DNA from: an uncultured Chroococcidiopsis sp.
GTDB taxonomy: Bacteria > Cyanobacteriota > Cyanobacteriia > Cyanobacteriales > Chroococcidiopsidaceae
Assembly (NCBI GenBank): GCA_964248365.1
Contig: CAXTYC010000019.1
Coordinates: forward strand, 35,037 to 99,036
Length of the DNA: 64,000 nt
Reading direction: 5' to 3'
The translations under genes and the position numbers were made by a program. The first letter of the stretch is position 1; each line of letters starts with the position of its first letter. The notes beneath the pieces are model-generated. The model did not search any database. It was not told the origin of the DNA and saw only the letters and a program-made list of their open reading frames with translations. Positions 49,501 to 61,258 of the stretch are shown one piece after another.

Positions 49501-49634
49501 CTCGCACTCAGGCTGTGCCTGAGAACGAAAATTTAGAGGCTCAGCCTCTTTTGGCAAAGAAGCTATCAAAAAGACAAATGTTTTTATCCATTTTGAGTTG
49601 GGTGAAGCTACCCAAATTATCTATTCAAATTTCT

Positions 49635-51161
49635 ATGTGGAAAACCTTTTATATTAAACCTAACGAGATTGGAATTTTATATCACCGCAGCGATTTTAAG
49701 AAAATTTTGCAGCCTGGAACTTACACTTATTTTGGTCGCCATTGGCAAGTAATAACTTATGACCTCAACCTGCCAGAAGCTAAAATTGATAATTTAGAAT
49801 TGTTGCTAAGAACCCAAAGCGACGTACTGCAAGAATATCTATTGATTGTTAGAACAACTTTCAATCAAGCTGCTTTAGTACGCTGCGGTCAAAATTGGGT
49901 AAGCGTCGCACCAAATCAACTTCGCGCTTTTTGGCGTGGTTATATTGATGTTGAATCCCACATTTTCAATTTAGAAGAAAGCTTAGAATTACCTACTCAG
50001 TTCGTCCAGCAATTGCGTGGAATCGCCTTAAACGGACTGAAAAAATTCCAAATTTCCGAATCTGAAATTGGTTTACTATACATTCAAAATAACTTTGTTC
50101 GACCTCTTGAAACAGGGGAATATGCTTTTTGGAGTGTAAATAAAGATGTTACAGTGAGGACTCTCAGCCGGATTGTGCCTAACCCAGACTTTCCCCTGGA
50201 AGATGTACTAATTGAAAAACATCCTGATTTTGTCAGCGCTTATTGTGTAATTGTACAATTACAAAATCAGCAAGTGGCAATTGTGCGGTATTTGGGTAAG
50301 GTTATTTCTATTTTGCCACCGACAAGCCGTAAGTTATTTTGGCAAGGTGTGGAAGTGGAAGTTATCGACATCAGCAGCAATGCCAAGTTACCACCTGAAG
50401 GGGTGGCTCAATTACTTTCGGGTTCCAAAGAAGTTCTATTACTGGGTCACAATAGTTTGCATATTTGCGAAGTACCCGCGCAGCACGTTGGCTTGTTATA
50501 TGTCAATCAAGAGTTTCAAGCGCAACTACAGCCAGGAATACACGCTTGGTGGTTGTTTGGACGCTCGTTTCAAACCGAAGTATTTGACTTGCGTTTGCAA
50601 AATATTGAAGTATCCGGTCAAGATATCCTCTCGAAAGATAAAGTACCTCTGCGCTTAAATTTAACTGCTGGTTTCCGTATTCAAGATCCACTCAGAGCAA
50701 AAAACAGTTTGTCAGATATTTCTGGTTTCTTGTACAAAGAAGCTCAATTTGCTTTACGCGCAGCAGTTGGCGAAAAAACTTTGGATGCCTTATTAGAAGA
50801 TAAAGGCGCGATTGATAAAAGTGTAGCTGAATATATTCGTACCAAAAGCGCAGACTATGGAATTGAAGTAGATTCCGTAGGGGTGAAAGATATTATTTTA
50901 CCTGGCGAAATTAAGACTATCTTGAGCAAGGTAGTAGAAGCAGAAAAAGCCGCTCAAGCAAACGTAGTCAGACGTAGAGAAGAAACCGCAGCTACCCGCA
51001 GTATGTTGAATACCGCCAAAGTGATGGAAGATAACCCCGTCGCATTGCGTTTGAAGGAACTGGAGGTGTTAGAGCGAATTGCTGAGAAGATTGATAAGAT
51101 TCAAGTTAATGGGAGTTTGGATAGTATTTTAACCGAGTTGATTCAGATTAATCGGCAGTAG
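49635..51161 (+). CDS. Slipin-family SPFH/Band 7 protein
   Basis: DLRLQNIEVSGQDILSKDKVPLRLN; RREETAATRSMLNTAKVMEDNPVALRLKELE; start reassigned to ATG 49635 (MWKTF). Confidence 0.9.
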   Translation: MWKTFYIKPNEIGILYHRSDFKKILQPGTYTYFGRHWQVITYDLNLPEAKIDNLELLLRTQSDVLQEYLLIVRTTFNQAALVRCGQNWVSVAPNQLRAFWRGYIDVESHIFNLEESLELPTQFVQQLRGIALNGLKKFQISESEIGLLYIQNNFVRPLETGEYAFWSVNKDVTVRTLSRIVPNPDFPLEDVLIEKHPDFVSAYCVIVQLQNQQVAIVRYLGKVISILPPTSRKLFWQGVEVEVIDISSNAKLPPEGVAQLLSGSKEVLLLGHNSLHICEVPAQHVGLLYVNQEFQAQLQPGIHAWWLFGRSFQTEVFDLRLQNIEVSGQDILSKDKVPLRLNLTAGFRIQDPLRAKNSLSDISGFLYKEAQFALRAAVGEKTLDALLEDKGAIDKSVAEYIRTKSADYGIEVDSVGVKDIILPGEIKTILSKVVEAEKAAQANVVRRREETAATRSMLNTAKVMEDNPVALRLKELEVLERIAEKIDKIQVNGSLDSILTELIQINRQ

Positions 51162-51198
51162 GATTAGTTAGTAAAATCTTGGCTCTCTGGCGATATTC

Positions 51199-52029
51199 AT
51201 GAAAATATGGCAGGCTGATTTTTATCGCCGTCCGTTGCGAGATGCAGCAGGACAGTCTTTATGGGAATTGTTAGTTTGCGATTCGACGCGCCAGTTTACA
51301 TATGCAGCGTTTTGTCCCCAGTCGCAAGCAAATGCTAAATGGCTAGTTGAACAGTTCCAGCTAGCAGCGGGTTCGCAACCGCCGGATATAATTCAAGTTT
51401 TCCGTCCTCAGTCACTGAGTTTGATTACAGCAGCTGCACAACAGCTAGGAATTACGGTAGAACCAACTCGGCGTACAACAGCTTTGAAACAGTGGTTAGA
51501 GGAACGCATAGCGTTTTATCGCAGCGGGGAAAATTATACAGGTGAAACTTACAATCCTTTGGTGGATAAACCACCCCCCACGCCATTACCTGAAAATCTG
51601 TGGGGAGAACAGTGGCGCTTTGCTACACTGGCGGCGGGAGATGTTGAGGAGGCTTTTAGGGAACGTCCGATTCCAATTTTGTCAATGCCAGATTTTATCC
51701 TACCATTAAATTTGGGTATAGCATCAACAGTTGCTATTCCTGGTGTGGTAATTTATGGTGGTAGGCGATCGCTACAATTAGCGCGTTGGCTACAACAAGC
51801 TCAACCAGTAGCACTCAATTCGGTTGCAGGTGAGCCATCTGGACTAGTATTAGAAGCAGGCTTGGTAGATCGGTGGATTGTTGCTACATTTGCAGATCCA
51901 GAAGTAGCAGCAGCTGCAAAAGTTTATGAACAGCGCAAACAGCAAAGTCTTGGATTGCACTTTTTACTGGTGCAACCCGATGATTCAGGAATGACTTATA
52001 GCGGCTTTTGGTTGTTGCAGGAGGATTAA
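51199..52029 (+). CDS. Tab2/ATAB2-family RNA-binding protein
   Basis: WQADFYRRP...WELLVCD, PLPENLWGEQWRF, GLHFLLVQPDDSG..YSGFWLL. Confidence 0.9.
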   Translation: MKIWQADFYRRPLRDAAGQSLWELLVCDSTRQFTYAAFCPQSQANAKWLVEQFQLAAGSQPPDIIQVFRPQSLSLITAAAQQLGITVEPTRRTTALKQWLEERIAFYRSGENYTGETYNPLVDKPPPTPLPENLWGEQWRFATLAAGDVEEAFRERPIPILSMPDFILPLNLGIASTVAIPGVVIYGGRRSLQLARWLQQAQPVALNSVAGEPSGLVLEAGLVDRWIVATFADPEVAAAAKVYEQRKQQSLGLHFLLVQPDDSGMTYSGFWLLQED

Positions 52030-52118
52030 GATTAAAGGTGGGCATTGCCCACCCTACTTAATAATTCAAATTTCGGTTGTGGGCATGGGTGGCATACAAT
52101 TCAAATTTCGGTTTGAGA

Positions 52119-52742
52119 CTATTTAATCATCTGAGATAATTGCCCCATTTTATTAATTTCAGCACTCTGACTTTTAATAATAGAGGAAGCTAGTTTGCGA
52201 GTTTCGGGGTGTACTGCACCGTCAACAACCATACCAGCCATCATTAATGCCATTTCGTGATGGCTAATCATTTGCCGGAGAAATTCTCGCTCAAAGTTAG
52301 AAGCATTTTTTAACGCTACCATCATCTCTTGATCCATCATTTCTTGGTAGTGCATCACCTGCATCATTTCCTGGCCCATACCGTGATGCACTTGCATATT
52401 CATTCCCGTGATTGGGACTTCAGCACCATACCATTGTTTGTACCAAGTTCGCATTTGCCCAATTTCTCGCTTTTGATCTTTAATAATAGATTCAGCCAGC
52501 TTCTTAACTTCTGGATTTTTAGCTTTATTTACAGCCATCTGTGCCATTTCTACAGCTCCTTGATGGTGGGGAATCATCATTTCAATAAATGATTTATCTA
52601 CTTCGGTATTTCTGTCAATAGCTGAACGAGGAGCCTGTGTTTGATTTTGTTGTTGAGCCTTAGTAGTATCTGTAATTGAGACTGTGATAGTGCTTGCTGT
52701 AAGTAAAGCAACAAGACTATAAATTGTGAGTTTTTTGTTCAT
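52119..52742 (-). CDS. DUF305 secreted protein (CopM-like)
   Basis: Signal peptide; FIEMMIPHHQGAVEMA and MISHHEMALMM; Met/His-rich. Confidence 0.88.
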   Translation of the reverse strand: MNKKLTIYSLVALLTASTITVSITDTTKAQQQNQTQAPRSAIDRNTEVDKSFIEMMIPHHQGAVEMAQMAVNKAKNPEVKKLAESIIKDQKREIGQMRTWYKQWYGAEVPITGMNMQVHHGMGQEMMQVMHYQEMMDQEMMVALKNASNFEREFLRQMISHHEMALMMAGMVVDGAVHPETRKLASSIIKSQSAEINKMGQLSQMIK

Positions 52743-52863
52743 TTACTTCTATTCAAAGGTACAAGTAGTTTACTATTAAAATGAGACATCTGATATTTTT
52801 ATTCCCAAGCTGATCCTGGGAACGAGGCGAGAGCCATGATTCAGGTTAGCGGCTTAGATTTAC

Positions 52864-52945
52864 TTATGCCATCGACATAGACATCTGCCAACAAAACTGA
52901 GCGCAACGGCGACGACACATATCAGCTGCAAGTGCGATCGCACCA
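52864..52945 (-). pseudogene. Probable remnant of a Cys-rich four-helix copper-binding protein (DUF326/Csp-like C-terminus)
   Basis: Manual translation AIALAADMCRRRCAQFCWQMSMSMA*, directly upstream of the CopM-like gene. Confidence 0.4.
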
Positions 52946-53309
52946 AAGATCGTTCAAGCACATCATGGTAGCTTGCAGGTGCTTGAGCGAATTGGGTAAA
53001 GGCAGCATCACTATTCGATTGCCTCTTAATAGGGGCTTGGGGCTTGGGAGCTATATGAATTTTATGTATTTATTATTAATATTTATTGTTAATTTATTAA
53101 TAGTTATATAACTAGGTATTAAACAAAATTTAATTGCTTTTTTTTAATTATACCAGATTTAGGGTAGAACGAGTGATTCAGTTTTTTACCTAAGTTATTA
53201 TTAACAACTATTAAGAATATTTGGGATAAGACTGAAGATAGATACATCTACCTACATACAGTTTTAAGTTAAGAATGTCTAATAAAAAAGCTTTTTGAGG
53301 AAAAAATTT

Positions 53310-53690
53310 ATGGCAAACGAAGCAAGTTCTAAAAACAAAACTACTAGAAACGATGAAATGGATACCTCAACAGCAGATAGAGGAATTGTCCCAGCTGAGG
53401 TAGCAGCACGGATGGATAGAGAGGGTGATGATTACAGGGAAACTGCTGATGAACAAGCAGGCGCTGAAAGTCTTGATGTTACAGGTGGTGCAACAGTAGA
53501 TCAAGAAGGTTTAGCAAATAACTATGCTATTGAACCTGAAATGTACTATGAAACACCAGGAGACATGAAGCAACAAGAGGAAGAAGATGCTGCTGCAAGA
53601 TCTCAGGAATTAGCACAAGCAAATGAAGATAAACAGGGAGAGCTGACAATGGAGGGCGATCAGCGGGGTAGAGGACCAGGAATTGTTTAG
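53310..53690 (+). CDS. Acidic hydrophilic hypothetical protein
   Basis: GAGG RBS; GATVDQEGLANNYAIEPEMY motif. Confidence 0.8.
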   Translation: MANEASSKNKTTRNDEMDTSTADRGIVPAEVAARMDREGDDYRETADEQAGAESLDVTGGATVDQEGLANNYAIEPEMYYETPGDMKQQEEEDAAARSQELAQANEDKQGELTMEGDQRGRGPGIV

Positions 53691-53887
53691 AATTGAATAA
53701 TAGTGCTAAAAGCTATTTTTAGCTTTGCCAAATAACTAAACATCTCATAGTAAAACTGCTCCTCAAGCTTTTCAAAGCAAAAATAAGAGCGGTTTTTTTA
53801 TGAGAAAAAATGGATGCGGTTCAGCCTTTATTGATAAACGATCGCTAATAATTGATAATTGATAATTGATAATTGATAAATGATAAT

Positions 53888-54760
53888 ATGACACAAGCAA
53901 AAATTGGCATTATTGGCGGTAGCGGGCTTTATAAAATGGAAGCCCTCAAGGATGTAGAAGAGGTAAAAATTGATACGCCGTTTGGTTCGCCTTCAGATGC
54001 TTTAATAGTTGGAACTTTGGAGGAAACGCGGGTAGCTTTCCTTGCTCGTCACGGTCGCAATCATACACTTTTACCTTCCCAGTTGCCATTCCGTGCAAAT
54101 ATTTATGCGATGAAACAACTAGGTGTGGAGTATATAATCTCTGCTTCCGCAGTTGGTTCACTCAAAGAAGAGGTTAAACCCTTAGATTTGGTAATACCGG
54201 ATCAGTTTATCGACAGAACAAAAAATCGGGTTTCTACCTTTTTTGGTGAGGGAATTGTAGCTCATATTGCTTTTGCCGATCCGGTATGTCATCAACTAGC
54301 AGGAGTTTTGGCTAGTGCGATCGCCGATCTTAACTTACCAGATGTTACCCTGCATCGCGGCGGAACCTATGTTTGTATGGAAGGTCCAGCGTTTTCAACA
54401 CGAGCTGAATCTAATCTCTACCGCAGTTGGGAAGCAACAATAATTGGTATGACGAATTTACCAGAGGCGAAGTTAGCTAGAGAAGCAGAAATTGCCTACG
54501 CTACGTTAGCATTAGTGACAGACTACGACTGTTGGCATCCCGATCATGCCAATGTCACCGTTGAGATGGTGATTGGTAATCTGCAACGCAATGCAGTAAA
54601 TGCCCAAAAGGTGATTCAAGAAACGGTACGGCGCTTAAGTCAAAATCCTCCAACTTCAGAGGCTCACTCGGCTTTGAAGTATGCTATTCTTACTCCTCTA
54701 GATCGGGTGCCTGCATCTACAAAAGAAAAGTTAGGATTGTTATTAAAGAAATACCTATGA
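53888..54760 (+). CDS. mtnP: S-methyl-5'-thioadenosine phosphorylase
   Basis: [34 protein letters not shown]. Confidence 0.93.
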   Translation: MTQAKIGIIGGSGLYKMEALKDVEEVKIDTPFGSPSDALIVGTLEETRVAFLARHGRNHTLLPSQLPFRANIYAMKQLGVEYIISASAVGSLKEEVKPLDLVIPDQFIDRTKNRVSTFFGEGIVAHIAFADPVCHQLAGVLASAIADLNLPDVTLHRGGTYVCMEGPAFSTRAESNLYRSWEATIIGMTNLPEAKLAREAEIAYATLALVTDYDCWHPDHANVTVEMVIGNLQRNAVNAQKVIQETVRRLSQNPPTSEAHSALKYAILTPLDRVPASTKEKLGLLLKKYL

Positions 54761-55026
54761 AAGAGCAAATTATCAAATGGCTAAATCAGGCTTTAGTAGC
54801 AGATTTTTTTCTGGTTCTATTTGCCTTTTTTTGGTTAGCGATCGCTGTTGCTGGTCATGTACTTCACTTACCACTCGGTTTAGACTTGTGGTATAAACTA
54901 TGGCAACCAGTATTTACGCCAGCGCTCGGTATTCTGATGGCTGGTTCGATTATCAGTGGGTTGAGTAGTTGGATCTCCAAGCGTTTCAATTCCCAGCAGA
55001 TTAACGACAAGCAGAGCCTATCATAG
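54757..55026 (+). CDS. Small membrane protein
   Basis: Two hydrophobic segments; overlaps the mtnP stop (ATGA). Confidence 0.75.
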   Translation: MKEQIIKWLNQALVADFFLVLFAFFWLAIAVAGHVLHLPLGLDLWYKLWQPVFTPALGILMAGSIISGLSSWISKRFNSQQINDKQSLS

Positions 55027-55092
55027 GCGCTTCTCGTTCCCACAGCGATGCCTGGGAACGAGTCACTAAAGCTAGTGTTAGACTGTCAAACT

Positions 55093-55847
55093 TCAAAGGT
55101 GAGCGCCGCCAGACGCTTCAATACGCTGTCCTGTAACCCATCAACTGTCATCAGAAGCTAGAAACGAAGCTACATCTGCTATGTCATCGGGCATTCGATT
55201 CGCTTGATAGCAGAAGTCGCCATTGTTTGCGATCGCCCCTCTTCTGAACGTAACCAACCCGCATTCAAGTCAGTGTCAATCGCACCAGGAGCAATGGTAT
55301 TCACAGTTATACCTCGTTCGCCCAGTACAACAGCTAGATATTGAGTTAGCACATCAACCGCACCCTTGGAAGCAGCGTAAACAGCGTAAACAGGATAGGA
55401 AAAGCGTGTTAGTCCAGTCCCCAAGTTTATAATGCGTCCATTGTCATTCATGCGTGGCATCGCCATCTGCGTCATGAAGAATACACCCTTTACATTCAGG
55501 TTGAACTGATAATCAAATTCCTCTTGGGTCCACTCCTCGATTGGTTTTGCAATAGCAGTTCCAGCATTGTTTACGAGTACATCAAATCTTGCGGTTCCGG
55601 TTCGCTGCGTCAATTGTGCATCAAGCTGTTCATACATTGCCTTAATACTTGTGACTTCAGAAACATCAGCTTGTATAGCAAAAGCTTCTCCACCAAGAGA
55701 GCCAATTTTAGCAACTACCTCTTCTGCCGCTGCTTGATTTTTACCATAGTGAACAGCAATCATCATTCCGTCTTTGGCTAATCGTAATGCGATCGCCTGT
55801 CCCAAACCACGACTAGCTCCAGTCACGAGTGCTACTTTTCGCTTCAT
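55093..55847 (-). pseudogene. SDR oxidoreductase with C-terminal frameshift and nonsense codon
   Basis: TGASRGLG, NNAG, YAASK; the shifted frame continues MPDDIADVASFLASDDS*WVTGQRIEASGGAHL*. Confidence 0.85.
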
Positions 55848-56013
55848 GCGTCTGCTCCTAGCTTCTACATCTTCTGATTATTGACAAAGATAAATCGAGA
55901 GTGTTACAATCGCAAAACTCTTCCCGTAGTTACAAATCCTGAGAGATTCATCCGCCAGCTCGACAACCTCAAAGTACTACCCTACCGATAATTCCAGCAA
56001 TCTAGCTACTTGT

Positions 56014-57018
56014 TTAACGCGCCAACACAGCCCGATAGCGCACTTTACCGCTACGGACGTGTTCAACAGCTTGATTCACATCCTTCATATCAAACTGCTC
56101 GCACATCGGTGCGACACCATGATTAGCGCAAAACTCCAACATAGCGGCGGTATCGCTAGGCGCACCCGCACGACCACCACTGACCGATCGCTGGTCGTGA
56201 ATCAGGGGAAATGGAGTTATTTTCAAATCGCTTTCGGGTATACCCACTATACACAGCCTACCTTCGGGAGCAAGTGCAGCAACATACTGATTCCAATCCA
56301 CGTCTGCCGAAACAGTTGAGATGATAAAGTCAAACCGATTTGCAGCTTTGGCGAGTTCGTCAGTGCCACGTGTAGCAATAAAATCAGTTGCCCCTAGCCT
56401 CCGTGCCTCTTCTTCCTTGTTGCGAGAAGAACTGATAGCGGTGACATCCGTGCCAAACTTTGCCAGAAACTGCACTGCTAAATGTCCTAGCCCACCTACA
56501 CCAAGGACAGCCGTTTTCATACCAGGACTTACACCGTAATGGGTCATCGGTGTCCAAACAGTTGTACCAGCGCACATCAAAGGACCTGCAATGGAGGGAT
56601 CTAATTTGTCAGGAATGGGAACGACGAAACGTGCCTGAGCGCGAACCGAATCAGCCCAGCCGCCATGCCGTCCGACAATTGTTTCCTCTTGATGAACTAC
56701 GCACAGATGCTCTTTCCCACGACGACAATAGCGACAGGTTTGGCAAGAGCCAGATTGCCAGCCGACACCTACCCGTTGTCCGACTTTGAGATCGCTAACT
56801 TGCTCTCCTAGGGCTGTGACTTCACCGATTACTTCATGTCCAGGTACAAGAGGATATTGGCTCATTCCCCAATCGTTGTCTATCATTCCCAGATCGCTAT
56901 GACAGACACCACAGTACTGAACGCGCACCTCTACTTCTTGTGAACCCAACGATGGTGCATCATACTCAAATGGCACTAGCTCTGACTTAGAGGACATGAC
57001 AGCGTAAGCTTGAACCAT
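56014..57018 (-). CDS. NADPH-dependent aldehyde reductase/Zn alcohol dehydrogenase (Ahr-like)
   Basis: CGVCHSD, PGHEVIG, PLMCAG, GVGGLGHLAVQF, GKVRYRAVL. Confidence 0.9.
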   Translation of the reverse strand: MVQAYAVMSSKSELVPFEYDAPSLGSQEVEVRVQYCGVCHSDLGMIDNDWGMSQYPLVPGHEVIGEVTALGEQVSDLKVGQRVGVGWQSGSCQTCRYCRRGKEHLCVVHQEETIVGRHGGWADSVRAQARFVVPIPDKLDPSIAGPLMCAGTTVWTPMTHYGVSPGMKTAVLGVGGLGHLAVQFLAKFGTDVTAISSSRNKEEEARRLGATDFIATRGTDELAKAANRFDFIISTVSADVDWNQYVAALAPEGRLCIVGIPESDLKITPFPLIHDQRSVSGGRAGAPSDTAAMLEFCANHGVAPMCEQFDMKDVNQAVEHVRSGKVRYRAVLAR

Positions 57019-57038
57019 AACTGTTTTTCTTCCTTTTA

Positions 57039-57676
<638 letters not shown>

Positions 57677-57899
57677 CAATCTTCTCCTTTTGGGATAGCG
57701 TAGCAATCCGAAATCTTTGAACCAGTGACACCTAACTCAAGTGATTGTCTACTTCTTCGCCTATGTTGTTGTAATCGTACATGAAGTCAATTAATTGGAC
57801 GTAGCTTGCCCAGATCTTGACGCAGCTAAACATTTGAGTTAGCTTACCAGACAATGTATTGAGCGTCACCTAGAAAAATGGCTAGGGCTGGGGTTGTAT

Positions 57900-58825
57900 T
57901 ATCCGGTACGATGTGGAGCTTTGATGTTTTTGAAGATACAACGATAGTGGGGAACGTGAAAAAGTTTTGCTGTCAAAATCTCGCTTGCCAAAGCTAATTA
58001 AACGGAACACTCCTACAGCAAATATTGCTCCACTGGGGGGAGGAATGCAGTAGAGCCACTGATCGTGCCAGAACCAGCGTTCCTAAGCAGGTCCAAAGCT
58101 GCGGGCAGGATTTAAACTTGTACCTGAAATTGGGGATTCTAGCTTTGACCATTGTTGCTACTAAAAACCAGGTCATCAATGGTGTCCAGCTTGGAGGCGA
58201 TCGCTACTGACAAAAATAAAAATCGCCAGTACCAGCATAAAAGTTATGATGATTTCAGCTAAAAACACGTACCACAAAGCATAATTTTGTCCTGGTAAAG
58301 TCATACCATTATTGACATTAGCTGCATACTTTCCCCATACAAATACCAGCAACACTGCACCAATAATTGCGCCCAGGAATTGTCCAATAATGTAGCCGCC
58401 CTTATGCGTGACGGTGCATTTTACCCTGCATCCAAAAAGCAAGTGAGACACAGGGGTTGATATGAGCGCCACTCAACGTTCCGCGCCAGGAGGCTGGCGC
58501 GGCTGCGTTGAGCAAGCTCAATTTACCTAGTGGCGCTCATAGCAACTAGCGATCCACTTCCAGCAAAAATCAGTCCTGTAATCAGTAAACGGATGCTTTT
58601 ATTAGGTATAAGTTGCTCCATCAGCAAGCCCTGACCAGAGTTGAAGACGACCGCACTCAGCCCAACAAAGATCATAAAGGCGGTTCCGAGCATTTCTGCA
58701 CCATATTCAGACCAGTGTAATTGTCTCCACCATTTGAGATTAGCCATGATTTTCGCTGTTTTTGTGGGTGGTAGTTGGGGATCATTTGATCGCCTTGGCT
58801 GCGACTCGGCTTGTGCCAATTGCAA
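57900..58825 (-). pseudogene. MIP/aquaporin-family pseudogene
   Basis: AEMLGTAFMIFVG, SGAHINP in a shifted frame, GQFLGAIIGA, AEIIITF; multiple frameshifts and a hairpin insertion; 3' limit approximate. Confidence 0.8.
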
Positions 58826-58878
58826 AGTATGACCGGATATGGTAAAATAGATATTCCGTTTTTGATCCTAACAATTAG

Positions 58879-59826
58879 TTAAGATAAGGAATCGTAGGCT
58901 TCATTTAGCTTGGCAGCGGACTGTTTTAGCAAGCGTTGTTCTTCATCATTTCTCGGTAACAACAGTTTGCGCTCAATTCCCTGCTGACCAACGATGCACG
59001 GTAGTCCGAGTACAACCTCGTTACCAACTTCATAACCTGGCTCGGCTCTCACCGATACTGTGAATATCTGCTTTTTATCCCGCAAGATGGAATCAACTAA
59101 TTGAGCTACTACGGTTGCTACCGCATAGTTCGTGTTTCCTTTTCGTTGTGAAATTGCATAACCCCGTTTACGAGTTAACTCGGTGTAGTCTTGCTTGATT
59201 TGGGCAAGTGAAATTCCCTCTGCTAGGGGGAATGAGGCTAACTCAATTGTTCCAATAAATGCATTCGACCAAACCGGAAATTCGCTATCACCATGTTCGC
59301 CAATTACATCAATGTGAATGTCTCTGTTATCGACGTTGAGTTGCTTACCCAGTTGATATCTTAGTCTTGCCGTATCTAAAACAGTGCCTGAACCGAAAAT
59401 TAAGTTTTCAGATCTTGAAGAAGTGGCGATCGCAATTCGTGTTAATACATCGACGGGATTGCTGACAATAATTACAATCGCATTCGGTGCAACTCGATCC
59501 AATTCCTTGATTACTGAGCGAATAATCTCTGCATTTTTCCCCAACATATCTAATCGGGTTTGCCCTTCTTTTCGTTGTGCGCCAACCGTAATCACAATGA
59601 CATTAGAATCAGCTAAATCTTCATAGCTATCTGTGGGTATTACATCCATTTGAGATAGTAGTGGAATGGCATCTTCAATATCCCACGCTTCCCCTTCAGC
59701 CTTTGATAAAGTTCGGTCAAATAGGACAACGGTTACACATTTAGCCAGTAGAACTAAAGCATTCGCTACTGCTGCACCCACATTACCCGCACCAATCACC
59801 CCAACCTTGGACGTGCTACCAATCAT
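58879..59826 (-). CDS. ldh: L-lactate dehydrogenase family protein
   Basis: GAGNVG, QRKEGQTRLD, VSNPVD, SGTVLDTARL, GEHGDS. Confidence 0.88.
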   Translation of the reverse strand: MIGSTSKVGVIGAGNVGAAVANALVLLAKCVTVVLFDRTLSKAEGEAWDIEDAIPLLSQMDVIPTDSYEDLADSNVIVITVGAQRKEGQTRLDMLGKNAEIIRSVIKELDRVAPNAIVIIVSNPVDVLTRIAIATSSRSENLIFGSGTVLDTARLRYQLGKQLNVDNRDIHIDVIGEHGDSEFPVWSNAFIGTIELASFPLAEGISLAQIKQDYTELTRKRGYAISQRKGNTNYAVATVVAQLVDSILRDKKQIFTVSVRAEPGYEVGNEVVLGLPCIVGQQGIERKLLLPRNDEEQRLLKQSAAKLNEAYDSLS

Positions 59827-60190
59827 GTCTACCTCTTTATACGAGTTGTGAATTTAGTTTTCTTCTTTTGCCCATTCGGTTAAAATCAATGAACAAGTTT
59901 ACTCCCCATCGGTGAGACTGTGCTGGTCAAACAGATTACTTTCGACAAAAATAACTCCTTTCGCTTTTAAGTCATCTATAGCAGTCCTATTTGATTAGCG
60001 AAAATAAACCTTGAGTAAACGTAGACACGTAGCGGAACCTGCGCAGGCTTGCGCACAAAGGCGCAAGCCTGGGGTTTAAACCCCAGGGAAACACAGAGGA
60101 AAAACACAAAAGAGATTTTTACAACTGATTTAAGATTGCTGTAGTTGCGGCTTTGTGTCAGATTGAACTAGTCCTTTGACATTCATCCTT

Positions 60191-60860
60191 GTTAGGGTCG
60201 AGAGAGAATAGTAATATTCTCTCCCTCCCATCCGAAACCGTGCTTGCGATTTTCACCGCACACGGCTACTCAATGTGTTTCCTTTTGACATTACAGGGCT
60301 TCTACTACCGTCTTCGGCAGTTTTTTCATCATGGCAGTGTCGATGTAATAGTTGTAGATTTTCCCATTTATCCTTACCGCCAATAGCTCTGGGGATTTTG
60401 TGGTCTATTTCCATTACATCCCATTCTTGGAAGTGTAGTCCGCATTCCTGACATTTCCCCTTTTGTTGCTTAAGCAACTTTGCCTTTCGACTAGGCATTT
60501 CGGGGTGAGTCCCTCATCTTATACTCCAATAAACTGTATCGCCGTCGAATGGACTTTTATCGCCTTTAACTTTCACATAATTATTGCTACTGCAAGCTGT
60601 TTCATCATGTGTTAGTAACCGAAGGGGGTTTGAGTTCCCTTGCCCGGTTGCGAATACCCAGTTTTTACCGCCAATGCTTGTCCAGTATTTTCTGTGACCA
60701 TCGTTGATGTTTCCACATCGGCGTTTTGCCCATTTGCGAAGTTTCAGGTACATGAGATTGTCTTGTTTTCTTGCTTGTGCGACAGTTTTAATGTCAGAGT
60801 TTGCGTAATAGGAAGTCCATCCCCTGATTACAGGGTTGAGGTCTTTAATAAGTTCCGCTA
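60191..60860 (-). mobile_element. 3' fragment of a group II intron (maturase X domain + HNH, domains V and VI)
   Basis: LNPVIRGWTSYY...YWSIR*GTHPEMP...CQECG...DHKIP..GG...NLQLLHRHCH; DV TAGCCGTGTGCGGTGAAAATCGCAAGCACGGTTTCGG; DVI ending CCCTAAC at 60191. Confidence 0.92.
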
Positions 60861-61258
60861 TGTATGAAAAAACCTCCAGCCGCGCCTTCACTTTGGACAG
60901 CACGATAAAAGTCTTGAATATGCTTTGGATTAATATAACCCCGATAACGTTTTGCCTGGATCGCATATAGCTTCCCTGGGATCAACACTCGCCCATCGAT
61001 ACCCCCGTCGTTATTGTAACGGAAGTTCCGCTCAATTTCCCAGCCTCGGTCAAAACAGCACGTCAACAGTAATTCCTCGAATGCATATGGATTCATTTTA
61101 CGGAGGATACCGATCGCCCTTGGTAGCCCGATTGAGGTAGACTCGCTCCGAAACCGATAAAGTACTAATTGGCTTTGACGAATATACTTTTGATGCTTTG
61201 GGTTAGGAATTTGAGCCTGGAGCCTGTTAAGTAGGGAAGCAAAAATAATTACACTCAA
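60861..61258 (-). pseudogene. Mrr-like restriction endonuclease fragment, 3'-truncated at the intron junction
   Basis: AFEELL...NDGGIDG...AIQAKRY...GFFIHSG. Confidence 0.75.

Noticed and set aside
60191..60966. Active group II intron or retroelement-based system
   Set aside because: RT domain and 5' RNA domains are absent and there is an in-frame stop before the HNH domain; ORF 60514-60966 is a chimera across the junction.
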